A stretch of DNA of 64,000 nt from Phoronis australis (Eukaryota > Animalia > Phoronida). Position 1 is the first letter of the stretch. The number at the start of each line of letters is the position of its first letter. The notes under the pieces are model-generated. The model was given only the letters and a program-made list of their open reading frames with translations, was not told where the DNA came from and did not search any database. The stretch is taken from NCBI GenBank assembly GCA_002633005.1, contig NMRA01000005.1, positions 2,017,739 to 2,081,738 on the forward strand, given 5' to 3'. Below, one piece after another: positions 14,501 to 25,900 of this stretch. The position numbers were made by a program, and so were the translations under genes.

Positions 14501-17500
14501 TATAAAAATTCATTTGTGCTTTGCTTACTTGTTTACCAGATTCCGTTCTCTGTTAACTCGATTTTTGAGCAGTACAGTTATCTGCAGTATCAACCTATAG
14601 TCATGAAATAAAACTTTTAAAATGAAAATTTTAAAAAGAAAACATCGAGACGTTGCATGGGTGTTTGCAGCAACTTCCCATTCGACTAAAAAAAAACAAA
14701 AAAAACGCCGTCGGGCACGTTTGGGTGTTACCTCTTCCGTTCGACAAAAACTCTGTCGCGACGTTTTTGTGTGTTGCGACTAACGTTTCATCCTTGCGTT
14801 TTGGCGTACAACACGATGTCCCGCCTTTTATCCGGATTAAGTCCCGCCATTCAATCCAGTTGTCCATTTTTTCATTATCGAATGGTGACCATGAGAATTA
14901 TGCAACAGAAGCTCAAAATAACAATGTCTCTTCGTTATGAATATTGTTATTTTCCAGAGCTGTCAACTATCTTTAGTAAAAAAACAATCGTAAAATGTGT
15001 TCCAATGTCTCTTGTTCAGGTTAACATACAGTACATACATCAGGATCACTAACTTTACTTTCTGAAGAAATTATAATTTAGTACCTTTCTAAACTTCTAT
15101 GGAAAGTAGTAGATTGCAACCAATGTAAAGAGCTATCCAAAGAACATTTCAAAGGTACTAACATAATAGATTTTGATCAGAATTTTTATCAGAAAAACCT
15201 TTCTTTGCAAAGTACGGATACATAGTTGGCGTAATTAGTTTATCACATTTTTGTAAATGTCACTGCATTCAGTATTTTTACAGTTGAATGTAGTTGTATC
15301 AAACAACACCGAATGTCTAATCAATTCATCAATATATATGTAATTTTGGATGAATGCCTGAATAAATACTCCACTGCAATTGTGCCGGGTAGATATCTGT
15401 TGAATCATTGAAATCATTCTCCTGCTGGCTGCTCTGGTCACTTATGTAACCTATCTGGTTCATTTACTTTTTATATATTTCGATTACACAATGCTTTTTT
15501 CGCATTGTGGTAACGCTCCTGGTTTTTGAAATTAAGAAATAATATTTTCAACCTGTGGGATATGCGAAATGAACCATGATTTAAATTATTTATCTTTTGC
15601 TTCTAATACTATCATTTAAGGCAAACAAGCCCTTTTGGAATGATGAATTAACGCAACTTTGGAAAAATGTGGCCCAAGAAGAAAAAGTATTTCTCAAAGA
15701 AAAAATACTAAACGAAGAAGGGAGCGACTGTATGAATATAAGAACTCTAGATATTACTTTGACAAGAGATTCAGGTTTTAAAAAGGCAGTATTTGAAAGA
15801 TAAATTAACAATCATTGAAGAATCATGTGAAAATGAAGGAACTCAAGAACTTACATGTAGGACCTCAGCTCAAGAAGAGACATGAAAATATTATTCCCTC
15901 AGAAAGATGGCAGGCCAGTTTTAGAGATTTGTTTGCGAAAATTCCAATGGCTGAAAGTCAAAACGTAGAGGATTTGGAGAAAGCAATGCAATATGCTGAA
16001 TGTTCGAGTCATGTAAAAGAAGTACTGAAAAACACTTTTTCTTCTTTTGAAGTTTATTCTGTTATTCGCAAATTAAAATCGGGTAAGGCCACTGGTATAG
16101 ACGATATCCCATACGAAGTGCTGAGATCCCCAGATATGGTTATTATTTTGGTCTCGCTCTTTTAGAAGGTCTTTGACAGTGGAGTTATTCCATCATTATG
16201 GTATAAAGCGATTATCACCCCTATACCGAAAGGATCAGATAGAGATTTGAATTTACCGCCCAACTATAGAGGCATAAGCCTGCTCTCCACCGCGAGCAAA
16301 GTGTATGGTAATGTACTAAACAGGAGATTAACCGAGTTTCTGAATGTCGAACACAAACTGAATGAAGAACAAAATGGCTTTTCGACAGGGGAGGTCTTGT
16401 CTTGACCACGTGTTTACACTCACGTCTATTGTTAGAAATAGGATAGCTTGTAAAAGACCAACGTTTGCAATATTCGTCGACATGGAACGGGCTTTTGACA
16501 ATTTAGATAGAAACTTTTTTGTTAAATTAATTAATTTAGGAGTGGTTGGAAAATTCTATCACTCAGTAAAATCGTTGTATGCGCAGACAAAAACCTGTGT
16601 ACAATTAGGTCAGTCAAGTTATACCAACTGGTTTCCAGTACAAAGAGGGGTCAGGCAGGGGGATCCATTGTCGCCTACATTGTTTTCAATTTTCATAAAT
16701 GATTTGATTAATGATTTGAACAGTTGTAGCAAGGGTATCAATTTTGATGGATATAATTTATCATGTCTGTTGTACGCAGATGAAATTGTGATTTTTTCGG
16801 GTAATGAAACTTATTTACAGGATTTACTGAACGTATTGAGTAATTGGTGTGCAAGGTGGCAAATGTCTGTAAATTTTTCCAAGACTGATGTGGTTCATTT
16901 TCGCAAGAGCGGACATGTAAGAACGAGTTTTGAATTCATTTTGTGCGATCGCATTGTGAATTTAAGAGAATGTTATAAGTATCTGGGTGTAACTCTGAAT
17001 AAGTTCATGGATTTCAGTTTGACAGCTGAGGTACTGGCAGACTCCGCCTCCAGAGCGTTGGGAGCTCTGGTGAGCATGCAAGTACAAACATATTGGTAAC
17101 ATGGGTTTCAACAGTTACATCAAATGTTTTGAAATGTCCGTCTCTTCAATTCTAGAATATGGATCTGGAGTTTGTTGATATTCTCAATACTCCAAATGCG
17201 AAATGATCAGAACGAGAGCACTACGTGTATTTTTAGGGGTCCACAAGTATGCTGCCAATGCAGTACTTTATGGTGATTCGGGTTGGCCAAATTCACACTA
17301 CAAACAACATGAAAATATGCTTAGGCTCTGGAATCGTTTAGTTCTAATGGATGAAAGCAGAATTGCAAAAAAGTCTTTTTATGGGACCTTAAACATCGGA
17401 ACTCCTGTAATTGGTCAAGTTCAATATTTAAAATTATGGAGAAGTGCGACGTTTTAGAAAATTTCAGGAACAAGCAAATTGTGTCTCTCGAAAACTTCAA

Positions 17501-20500
17501 AACATTCAGAATCCAGTTAGAAGAGTTAAACTGGTTAAAATTAATCACTGAGAAACAAAGACTGTACTTATATAGATCTGTTAAGAATGACTATTGTGTA
17601 GAAGAGTATTTCCGTCTGCCGGTGTCTTAGAGGTCCGTCATAGCTCGATTGAGAGCAGGTATTCTACCATTAGAGGTTGGGCGGTACTTCGGAATTCCTG
17701 TGAATGAGCGAATTTGTCGTGTTTGTAAAAACGGAATTGAAGATGAATTTTATTTAATTTTTGATTGTGAAAAATATACTCACATTCGACCAATATTCCA
17801 AAATAACTTGAAAGGTCTAGCGAAATTCATTCAAGACGCTTTGCAGGCTAGAAGTAATTGTTTGTTTATAAATTAGTCTGAAGTGGTCATATTTGAGCTT
17901 GTGCAATATGTTATGTAATGATTTAATTTTTATTAGGTGACTGAGTAAGCCCATTGAGGCTGGGGTTTTATGTGGTGAATATTCTGTCTTTGATATTGTA
18001 TTTACTGGCACCCTTATGTCACTATAATAAATAAATATATAATAATAAAAATCATACACAATCAACAACTGATGAACGGCTTTCTAGTTATGCGACTCTT
18101 ATGCAAGTTTGTTGAAAGACGGTGGAGTTAAGAAACGTTTTAGTGACAGTAAATTTCATAGCAAGAGGCAACACCAGAATAAATGATTGCAAACAAATTC
18201 TGCGCATGCTCGGTGGAATCTTAGTAGCTCGAGATGGAAATTGGAATTCCAGGACTATAGTTCTATGCATCAGTCTATCGAAGGAGACAAGAGGTCTCCG
18301 AGATACTAGGATTAGGTAAATATTCTGTCCAGTAAACAAGTCTCATTCTCAATATATGATTCAAAATGTTGTTGATAACAACGCTAACTAAACGTGGTAC
18401 TTACCACTCCATTTTTCTTGCAGCAATCTGAAATTAAATTGTTAGTTGAAACAGCTGTTGGGTGTCAGAGTATCTTGTGTAATCAAATAATCTTGAATCC
18501 AGTATCTGTTAACATTAAGGTCTGGTGATCACATTGATCTTTGACATCTGCTTCTTTATTAACCAAACGAAGGTGATTTCAATCGCTGTACTTAAAGAGG
18601 CATGAAACGCGAAAGCTCGTCAAGATATGATCTAAAGCAAACAATTTCTGACGAAAGTACCATCTCTCAACGTCTAGTACAGAGTAATTCACTTTCCCTT
18701 GTGAATAAATTTCCAGAAACAAATCACAAAATTCACGATTTTTGAAATACGCGAAAAGGAAAAACTCTGTGGTTACCACAGAGTTTCTAATCTCCCTCCC
18801 ACTTACGATGAATATTCGCAATTGCTTGATGTCAAAGATCACATTTCCCTTACATGGAAAATGTGCTACGTATATGTCTTGCCATGCCAAATAAGGAGAC
18901 GTGCTTTGCCTTTTGGGATAAAAATCGTCGAGCAGTTGACAGATATTGTTTTTTTTCGAAATTTGAAACTAAAATAAAATGCTTTGATATCAACGGAAAC
19001 AAAAAAATTTTAAGAACAAACCCCTAAGATACCCGGTAAGCTGGTTGAATTCTGTTTCAGTGGCAGGGAATCACTTTCAATATTGCAATTTAGTCTGTTG
19101 ATCGCTTTTCAGGCCTCTTTAAATCACAGGCGCTTGGGTTTATCGCAAATGACGTCACTCAATATTATAAATATAAGAAAACATAAAGGTTGGACACTCG
19201 AAATCTGTTTCCTAAAAATTTTCTACTCAAATGTGCATGGAACTCCACGAAACTAGCATCGAACAACTCTTAGAATACCTTCTTTCATTTGATCTCTTCA
19301 AATTGCCTTCGAGTGGTGATTTGGCGACAAAAATGCCAAAAGAATGCCAAAATCACAAATTCAAGGACCTAATTCCGTGATGTCATGGCAGACGGTCTTC
19401 GCACATCCGGGTTTTGACGGACGCTCCCGAGCTAAATCCGAAAGTCTAATTTCGCGCGGCTTTCGCCGTCAATCCATCGACTACTTGATCATGAGAAGCA
19501 GAGAGCACTTTATTGCCAAATAAATGTAATTACTCACATATTTGTGTCAAATATAAATTATCCTGATACTGTATTGATATGCGAAGTTTTTTGTGTACTG
19601 TGATTTCTTATGAAGGTTTTACTTTTGGCCAAAACCATTGAGTTAACTCGTCGGCCACGCGCATTGTAATACTTGCACGGACTGCGTTTCCTGGCCGAGT
19701 GTGTGTTGTGCTTCAATCAAAAAAGTGCGTGATGTCAAGATGAGAAACAAGATACGCCAGTTTATGTAATAAAATTCTAAGTTAAGAGCTAAAATGAGCC
19801 GTCAGTGGAATAAAGTTACAAATAATCATTAAAATACTAACTTTAACATTCTCAATTAGTTGAGTTTTGGATTAGAATTATTGAATTTGAAATATAGGTT
19901 GCTTGCTCAAACTCGAAGTTTCACCTACGACAGGCGTACAAGTTGAAGCACAACTGAAATCCGCCATGTTTACTATTTCAGGTCCTTGAATTCAGAGTTT
20001 TGAGATTGTTTTGGAAATTCCATCGCCAATTCACCACTCACGAAGACAGTTAATGGGATCTAGGAATGATAAGGCTTCGAAGGTTTATGCAACACCAGAC
20101 TGAGGGAGGTGCACGCAGATTTTATTTGGATTTTGGACGGTTGAAGTTGGGAGCCTCGGCTTGGCAAAGTTTAAGTGTCCAACCTTTATGTGTTCTTATA
20201 TATATTATTGAGTGACGTCATTTGCGATAAACCCAAGCGCCTGTGCTTTAAATCAGCTGAACATCAACCTAAACTGGCATAATATGATTCATAATCAAGG
20301 AGATCAACGCGGGTTATGATCACCCTGTCCACCGTTGATTCACTCGAGCTGAACACTATAACCGTGCTCCTACTTTCGTATCCAATGAAAATATACAAAA
20401 AAGGAACACCGTGCAATCATTGAAATTATTGATTCGGAAAATTAGTGTAAATGAGAAAAATACGCATTCAGGTAAGATCGCAGCTCAATATTGTAAAAAA

Positions 20501-21567
20501 ATTACCACTGCAATGACATCGTTTTCGAGATCTTTACCTGATTCGGGTAAATATGAGGGCAATTTAGCCCTTAAAACGTTTACGCACCATTTCCTAATTT
20601 TTGTGACATTTATCGGATGCTAATGTTGGTTTCACAGCAGCAAAATTTGTCCTGAAATTCTGTTTGCTGGTATTAAAATACTAAAAACTCGTAACGAAAT
20701 AAAGCCAAACCATCGTGAACAATCCATCAGGAAATTGTAAATTTTCCACAATTTTGTAAGCAGGCCATGCGAGTGTGGAACCTCAGCAAAAATTGGGTTA
20801 TGGTTCAAGACTACGTGATTCATATCCAGAGTCCTGTGACTCGTGTATTTGTACAGCTTGTGCTGTGGGGTCGTCGCTTCGTGTTTTGAAGAGGCATGGA
20901 ATGCAAAAATTCACAAGAAATAGGTTTTAAATAGATCGTGGCGAATCTACTTCTTGGGGATGCTGACGTAAGAGTTATTCGCTTTGAATATTGCAAAAAT
21001 GTCCTGAAAAAATCGCCAGATTCATTATTTTTGAAAGAGACGAAATATAAAATCTTTAATCCCAGTACAGTTTTCAAATTATGCGCCCCTTATAATCGAT
21101 ATGCACGTGTGCACTCAAAGAAGTCGGACTGGCTATCGCTTATAATCGCCATTATTTTGTTTATATCAAAGACCATATTTTCCATATAAGGGAAATGTGC
21201 TACGTCTTGCCGTATCAACTAAAGAGACGTGCTTTGCCGTGTGGGAGAAAAATTGATGAGACGAGCAGTTGACAGTCGACAGATCGTCTTTTCTGAAATA
21301 TGAAATTAAAAGAAAAATGCTTTAACATCGGCAGAAATTCAAAATCTTTACAAACAAACCATGAAAATAGTTCTGGTGAATGGTTTGACTTCTGTGGCAG
21401 AAAACCACTTTGAATAATGCAGTTTAGTACTTGTTCACGTTCTATGCCACTGTAAGGAAGCAGACTATCGGTGATCTCTGCTTGCTCCTCAACACAGACA
21501 TGGTGGGTGCAAGGTTGTGAATTGAAAACAGCGCTGTTCTCTCACCTTTAAGTTGTTGAGATGTCAT
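5518..21567 (-). CDS. Putative three-exon gene for an 89-aa alpha-helical protein of unknown family (MTSQQLKDCCKKNGVNPDDEQKVEDTINELATEAKIRSRGEKIDERNWKDILRDKIYQILSYVADRIIKEICDIAVEMLIKQIRYYFLA)
   Basis: Minus-strand exons: 21567-21546 (ATGACATCTCAACAACTTAAAG|gtgaga, phase 1); 18427-18405 (aatttcag|ATTGCTGCAAGAAAAATGGAGTG|gtaagt, phase 1 to 0); 5742-5518 (tctctttgtttcag|AACCCAGAC...TAA, phase 0). All splice sites are canonical and the phases are compatible. The terminal exon has protein-like amphipathic composition. The terminal exon is the best supported part; the joining is inferred. Confidence 0.55.
6370..6553. repeat. Imperfect inverted repeat (about 60-bp arms), probable MITE or foldback relic
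   Basis: gaatataaatcggtaaataaaacaacaagaatggatcaa at about 6368 is the reverse complement of ttgatccattcttgttgttttatttaccgatttatattc at about 6515-6553. Confidence 0.75.
7040..7520 (+). mobile_element. Decayed Ty3/Gypsy LTR-retrotransposon RT-connection/RNase H fragment
   Basis: NYSQIATPLTELLKEG...VWTDVHDKAFIKLK followed, after frameshifts, by EFVVQTDHKSLLFM...RVMQYAMALL. These are Gypsy RT/RNase H motifs. Confidence 0.8.
7695..7886 (+). pseudogene. Degenerate THAP zinc-finger-like coding relic (likely DNA-transposon derived)
   Basis: MPLCCGA...VYRFLLPRESEMLRKWLMVV...KHLRV follows the THAP layout (N-terminal MPxCC, P, RKW, LRVCxxH), but the terminal CxxHF is lost. Confidence 0.5.
8651..8732 (+). 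repeat. Short direct repeat pair around a GC-rich palindromic spacer
   Basis: tccgagccactggcc(g/a)ggataac occurs twice, flanking ccggccggccgcg. Confidence 0.7.
9613..10580. mobile_element. Non-autonomous TIR DNA transposon, copy 1 (inverted relative to 19125-20245)
   Basis: Termini are CACAGGCGC...GCGCCTGTG, with the right tip duplicated (ends 10564 and 10580). Subterminal inverted aaacataaaggttggacact. The interior is the reverse complement of 19125-20245 but lacks about 150 bp. No clear TSD. Confidence 0.85.
10810..10865 (+). other. Possible degenerate tRNA-derived SINE head
   Basis: A-box-like gctaaagtggtaaagc and B-box-like ggatacgagtc at tRNA-like spacing. No complete cloverleaf. Confidence 0.3.
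10960..11120. mobile_element. End of a hAT-like element (CAGTGGCGGATC terminus family)
   Basis: Ends in tcctagatccgccactg. Shares ccccctcccgacctccccccg with 55490-55511. A related terminus, cagtggtggatctacgttttcag, is at about 369. Confidence 0.6.
11441..11715 (+). repeat. Degenerate tandem repeat, about 3 x 93 bp
   Basis: The unit caagaga...caagaacagaa..ctaa..aaatc.a..agtgttca..tatgtgct.aatattg.caaaa.tactaaaa recurs three times. Confidence 0.75.
12362..14486 (+). repeat. Near-identical 1.06-kb tandem duplication joined by a single N (12362-13423 and 13425-14486), probably two haplotypes
   Basis: The copies differ only by scattered substitutions, and the junction falls exactly on the N at 13424. 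Each copy holds an internal 31-bp minisatellite (gtagccagttggcagcgcgtgccttggttgt). Confidence 0.9.
15600..18050 (+). mobile_element. Decayed 5'-truncated LINE (non-LTR retrotransposon ORF2, reverse transcriptase)
   Basis: LKSGKATGIDDIPYEVL, NYRGISLLS, FRQGRSCLDHVFTL, FVDMERAFD, GVRQGDPLSPTLFSIFINDL, LLYADE (YADD variant), YKYLG and C-terminal ERICRVC...EDEF...C. It has several frameshifts and stops and an A-rich tail near 18026-18050. Clade not resolved. Confidence 0.92.
18855..21430 (+). repeat. Diverged local direct duplication (about 18855-19095 and 21190-21430)
   Basis: Both share ggaaatgtgctacgt...gtcttgcc...gagacgtgctttgcc...gagcagttgacag...aatgcttt. Confidence 0.7.
19125..20245. mobile_element. 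Complete non-autonomous TIR DNA transposon (P-superfamily-like or hAT-like), copy 2
   Basis: TIR of about 75 bp starting CACAGGCGCTTGGGTTTATCGCAAATGACGTCACTCAATA at both ends. Perfect 8-bp TSD ctttaaat at 19117-19124 and 20246-20253. Confidence 0.92.
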
Positions 21568-22849
21568 ATCTTCTGGCCGTTGAAAACTCGTCTAGCCACA
21601 ATCAAATCTCGAAAGTCCCTGTTTTAAAAAACGCAAACGTGAAATGACAAAAATTTGATGCTACCAAAGCCCACGTAGATGGATTTTCAAATGCATGGAT
21701 ATGTTGAGAACATGCCTCTACTTAAAAGTATGTTTTTAAAAACAAATTTGGAAATTAAATCCGTGCCTATTACACACGATGCCCATTCTGAAGACTGGAC
21801 TAAGGAAATCTTTCCGGCCCGACTCATTATTTCTCGCAAACAATGACGTGAAGTTAATTAGAAGCATGTTAGAAGCGAAGACTGTCGAAAGCCCTCAGAG
21901 CAGTATAGGGATCAGAGTGAACAACTCGAAAAAATATATGTTTGTTATGTATGTTACCTGGTCCCTTTATCATTGCATCACTTCTTTGAAGGGATTGGAG
22001 ACAGTTGATCAAACGCCGTTAAGTTTTAAATTTACTAATTTATAAAACAATTGAATACATATAGGTTATCCCACATACATGGGAATACTACTGTCATATC
22101 CTACCGAGAATTCATTTCATCTGGGAAGATAGAGTTGGAACATTTGCAGGTGAAATGTATTCGAGATAAATATCACAGTAGATTCATAAGTATGCAGAAT
22201 AACCTTTTTATTCCGCATATATCAACTCATTTGCATCCATCATCTCGTCATATATCTTGTTGCTGTATGCTTCGGCATGTTGTTACAGCGACGTCATGAT
22301 GCATTGTATGTATGCCAAGCACGGCACTCACGCCGGTTTAGCGACAAGACTATCTGTAAAAGTGTTGAATATCCAGTATTTTCATAATAAAATTATTAGA
22401 ATTTTCAGATAGTGAAATATGCAAGTTGAAGCACTGAACAATTCAGTCATATCAATATTTTGTCGGAAACTTAGAAACAATCCAGTCCTGGAATATAAAA
22501 ATTGAAACATTCCCTGAACACGTGTGCAGCATTGCGTCGTCATCTCTGGAAAAAAATGGCGGAAACTGTGCTGATTTTCAGAACTTGAGGGAAGAATTGC
22601 AAAAAGCAGCGCTGCCAATGACGGAGAGTTGAGACTTGAGGAACTCTGGGAGCAGACGATTGTGTCAGTAAAAACACATACCTGATATTAGGTCGCAATT
22701 TTCCGTAAACACCTTAGCTCTCAATGTAGATATACTGTATGCATCCATAACGAAACGTTTTCGTTGGATTTGAATTAAATTTTAACCAGGGACGCTATTT
22801 AACTTGACTTATTTATGATGATCCAGGCCAAAAAATAGCCTCCTGATAA

Positions 22850-22975
22850 TTTTAAAAAACTTAAGTTTTCGAAACTTACGTTTTTGAAAACTTATGTTTT
22901 TGAAAACTTAAGCTATGAAAAATTAAGTTTTGGCCAAAAACTTAAATTTTCGTGATTGAAAACTTAAGTTTTTTA
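22850..22975. repeat. Array of about 14-bp quasi-palindromic units (aaaacttaagtttt)
   Basis: Seven to eight variant copies are visible directly. This is typical of transposon subterminal repeats. Confidence 0.7.
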
Positions 22976-25900
22976 GAGAGGGTAGCAGTCAAGCCAGTGC
23001 TTGAAAAGTCCTCTTCTCATCGTCATTGGCGCCACCAAATATAGAAATGGCGTCGGAAGTCAGCCTATTACTACATGGGGATAAAATAATAAAATGATTC
23101 TTTAGAACATAGCAGATTTCGCCAAAAGATTATGTTACACTCAGGATAATTGTATTTGATGAAAGTAATCTTAGAACCTACACCGTGTCGTCCCACGACA
23201 ACTGTCCGGGAAGAGTAGACAACGCAACACTTCACTAGAACAATATTAGCAAGTTTACTTGCGCCGGATCAGAGTACCCTGTATCCAAGAGCACTGCTAG
23301 TTTCGATGATTTTTATAGGGGATTTTCTACATTTTTATTGGAAAATAGAAATTATTCAGCTTACATTGTACTTTGATGTTTATTAACATTTGTCAAAATT
23401 CTCTTTGGAATCGTTTTTGAGTCCCGACATCGTAAACGGGCGCTCAATTAGCAAATTCTCCTCAGTTATTGGGCCATACCATTGTTGGCCAATCAAAACT
23501 TTGGGTTGCTCTCTGACGTAGGTAGTCAATCAACAAAATGACGTATATGAAAAATAGGTCAATTCACAAGACCTCGTTATGCCTCTCTGCAACTGCGGAC
23601 TAATGTTGGTCCAGATAACAAAAATTGTTCAAACTGCATACGATCACGAAATCACAGCTGTGAAGAATAGACACCGCATCTGCCGCCAATTTCTCTCACT
23701 TCCAGAGATTCAATTGACCGGTCGTCACTCCCGACATGAATCGAACAATGTCCAAGAAAATAGCAATGTGAAAAGGAAAACCAATCTTTTGTGCCACTCC
23801 CAGAGGATACACACCCAGCTAATCCTTGTCAGACAACTAAGACGTTACCTACCACAAATGCAGAAAGACCTCTGTAGCCAGTCTGATCGAAGGAGGTAGA
23901 AGATTATCATGGATTGTGAAATTCTTAGCTTTTCTGAAGGTCAATTACGTCACAATGTAACCTTATCTTTTAGAAACCGTGTATCACAAGCGTTTATGTG
24001 GACACCGTATCGTAAAATGTTTTAGAGTGCTTTGAGCCTATTTATGACTCTCTCACTACAAACAATCTGGTATATGAACTTCAGTATAGTTTTAAAAATA
24101 AAATCAACATAATTTACAGCACTAAAATTGTTAGACAAAATCAAAGGACACCAGGATAAAAGGGATAAATCCAACAACCATCATTTTAAACCTTTCAAAA
24201 GCCTTTAACACAACAGACCATGATAATCTTTCATTTTTACTAGAGTCGGGGATTTATTCTTCAAAAAATATTTAAGCGTAAAAGAGTGCTTCATACTGAA
24301 TTAATACCATCAGCACAATATTTTAGGGTTATTTGGACACAAAATTTTTCAAATTATTGATTGGCTTTTATCCCTCGAATCTCTGATCGGGGTGATCGTT
24401 GGTCGTTAATTTTCAAGTGGCGTTAAAGGTTTAATTCAAATGATTTAAACATTCGTATTTTCTTCGTATTGAGGCTTATTAACGACATAAACATATCGGC
24501 ATCTTCCAATGAGCACGTCAGGTGGTTATCAAGTAGGAAAATTAGGCGATGACATCCTAAATATGCTGAAAATGGCGTAATTGCAACTTCTTAACCACCC
24601 ATTCAACATCTGGAAAATGTTTGTTTTAACAAGCCTTACTTTCGTCTACTTATATGGCAAACGCTCATAAATTGGTTTGTTTACTCTATCAAAAATTCAA
24701 GATGGTGGACGAAATCTTGGGGTCTGTATTCTTAAGATAAATGTAAAATTATCAGGAATTTACTACTTGGGGGAATAAGCAGTACATTCACTTGTTGAGC
24801 AGTTTTTTATTTTACTCTGCTCTATTCGATATTATTTCTAGTACCACAACAAGTTTATATTTGAAATAGTTTCTCGACTCGAAATTGGTTGCCCTTTTAT
24901 ATACTGAAAAGGCTCAATTGAAAATGGTCAATTGTGCAAACCATGTCGATTTATCCTAAAAAGTGTACATAGTTACATTATTCTGACTATCATATATATT
25001 TTCAAAGTAAAAGTAATGAAAAGGAAAACATCACGTTATTTTGGCATTGAATGACCTTTCAAGTATTAAAAAATAAATCGATCATCCCTCCTTACTATCG
25101 TAGTAACCCAAGCAACTTATTTACCAGATGCCCATCGAAAACGTAATGAGGTATGGTTACATGAAATTTATACTAATTAGCACCAAATTAGGATATAATC
25201 ATGCATGCAAATTTGGGTTAATGAAGCTAAAATTGTTTGCCCTAAAAAGCACCTCAAAATAAGAATATAACAAAATGTATGTAGATTTCTTCAAAAACTT
25301 GGGATATAATATATCTACTAGACATTGAACTCAAAAATATTTTTGGCATTTTTTGTGTGTGGGAAACCAAAATAAGTGTCATTTATTTTGTTCTCGAGTA
25401 CATTATGGTTTATGCAAATTGGTTTCTAATTCAATATTACATTTGATGACCCCTAGATTCAAACTAAAAACTCGAGATTTCGAGTAAAGACTCGAACTTC
25501 TAGCCTTAATCACGGCACGTGTTTTGCTCTGGTTCCTCAATATATGTCTCTGCCATCAAATTACATGTATTAGTCTGACTTTTTACAGTCGACCCCTTAT
25601 ATCCTGTCATGTTGTTCAAGGAGAGAAGTCATGCTGTACAAGGTCTTTGTATAATTGTTTGAAATGTTGTTCTTTGGGCCAAAATGTTGAATTGTTGGCT
25701 CACGCCAACGTCGGATTTTAATCAACATCTGAAACAACTTTCATTTTGATTACGGTAATATTCGACATTGGTTCAAGCGAACAGTGCCATTAAGTGCAAA
25801 CTAAAATTAGACAGTTATCAAAATAGACATTGTGTACTCTAGCATAGCCTTGATTAATGATCACTCGTCTTGAATCCTCACAAAAGTAGAAAGAAAAATG

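Noticed and set aside
16362-17099. Retron, DGR or other domesticated reverse transcriptase
   Set aside because: It is part of a frameshifted LINE ORF2 with a YADE catalytic variant and an A-rich tail.
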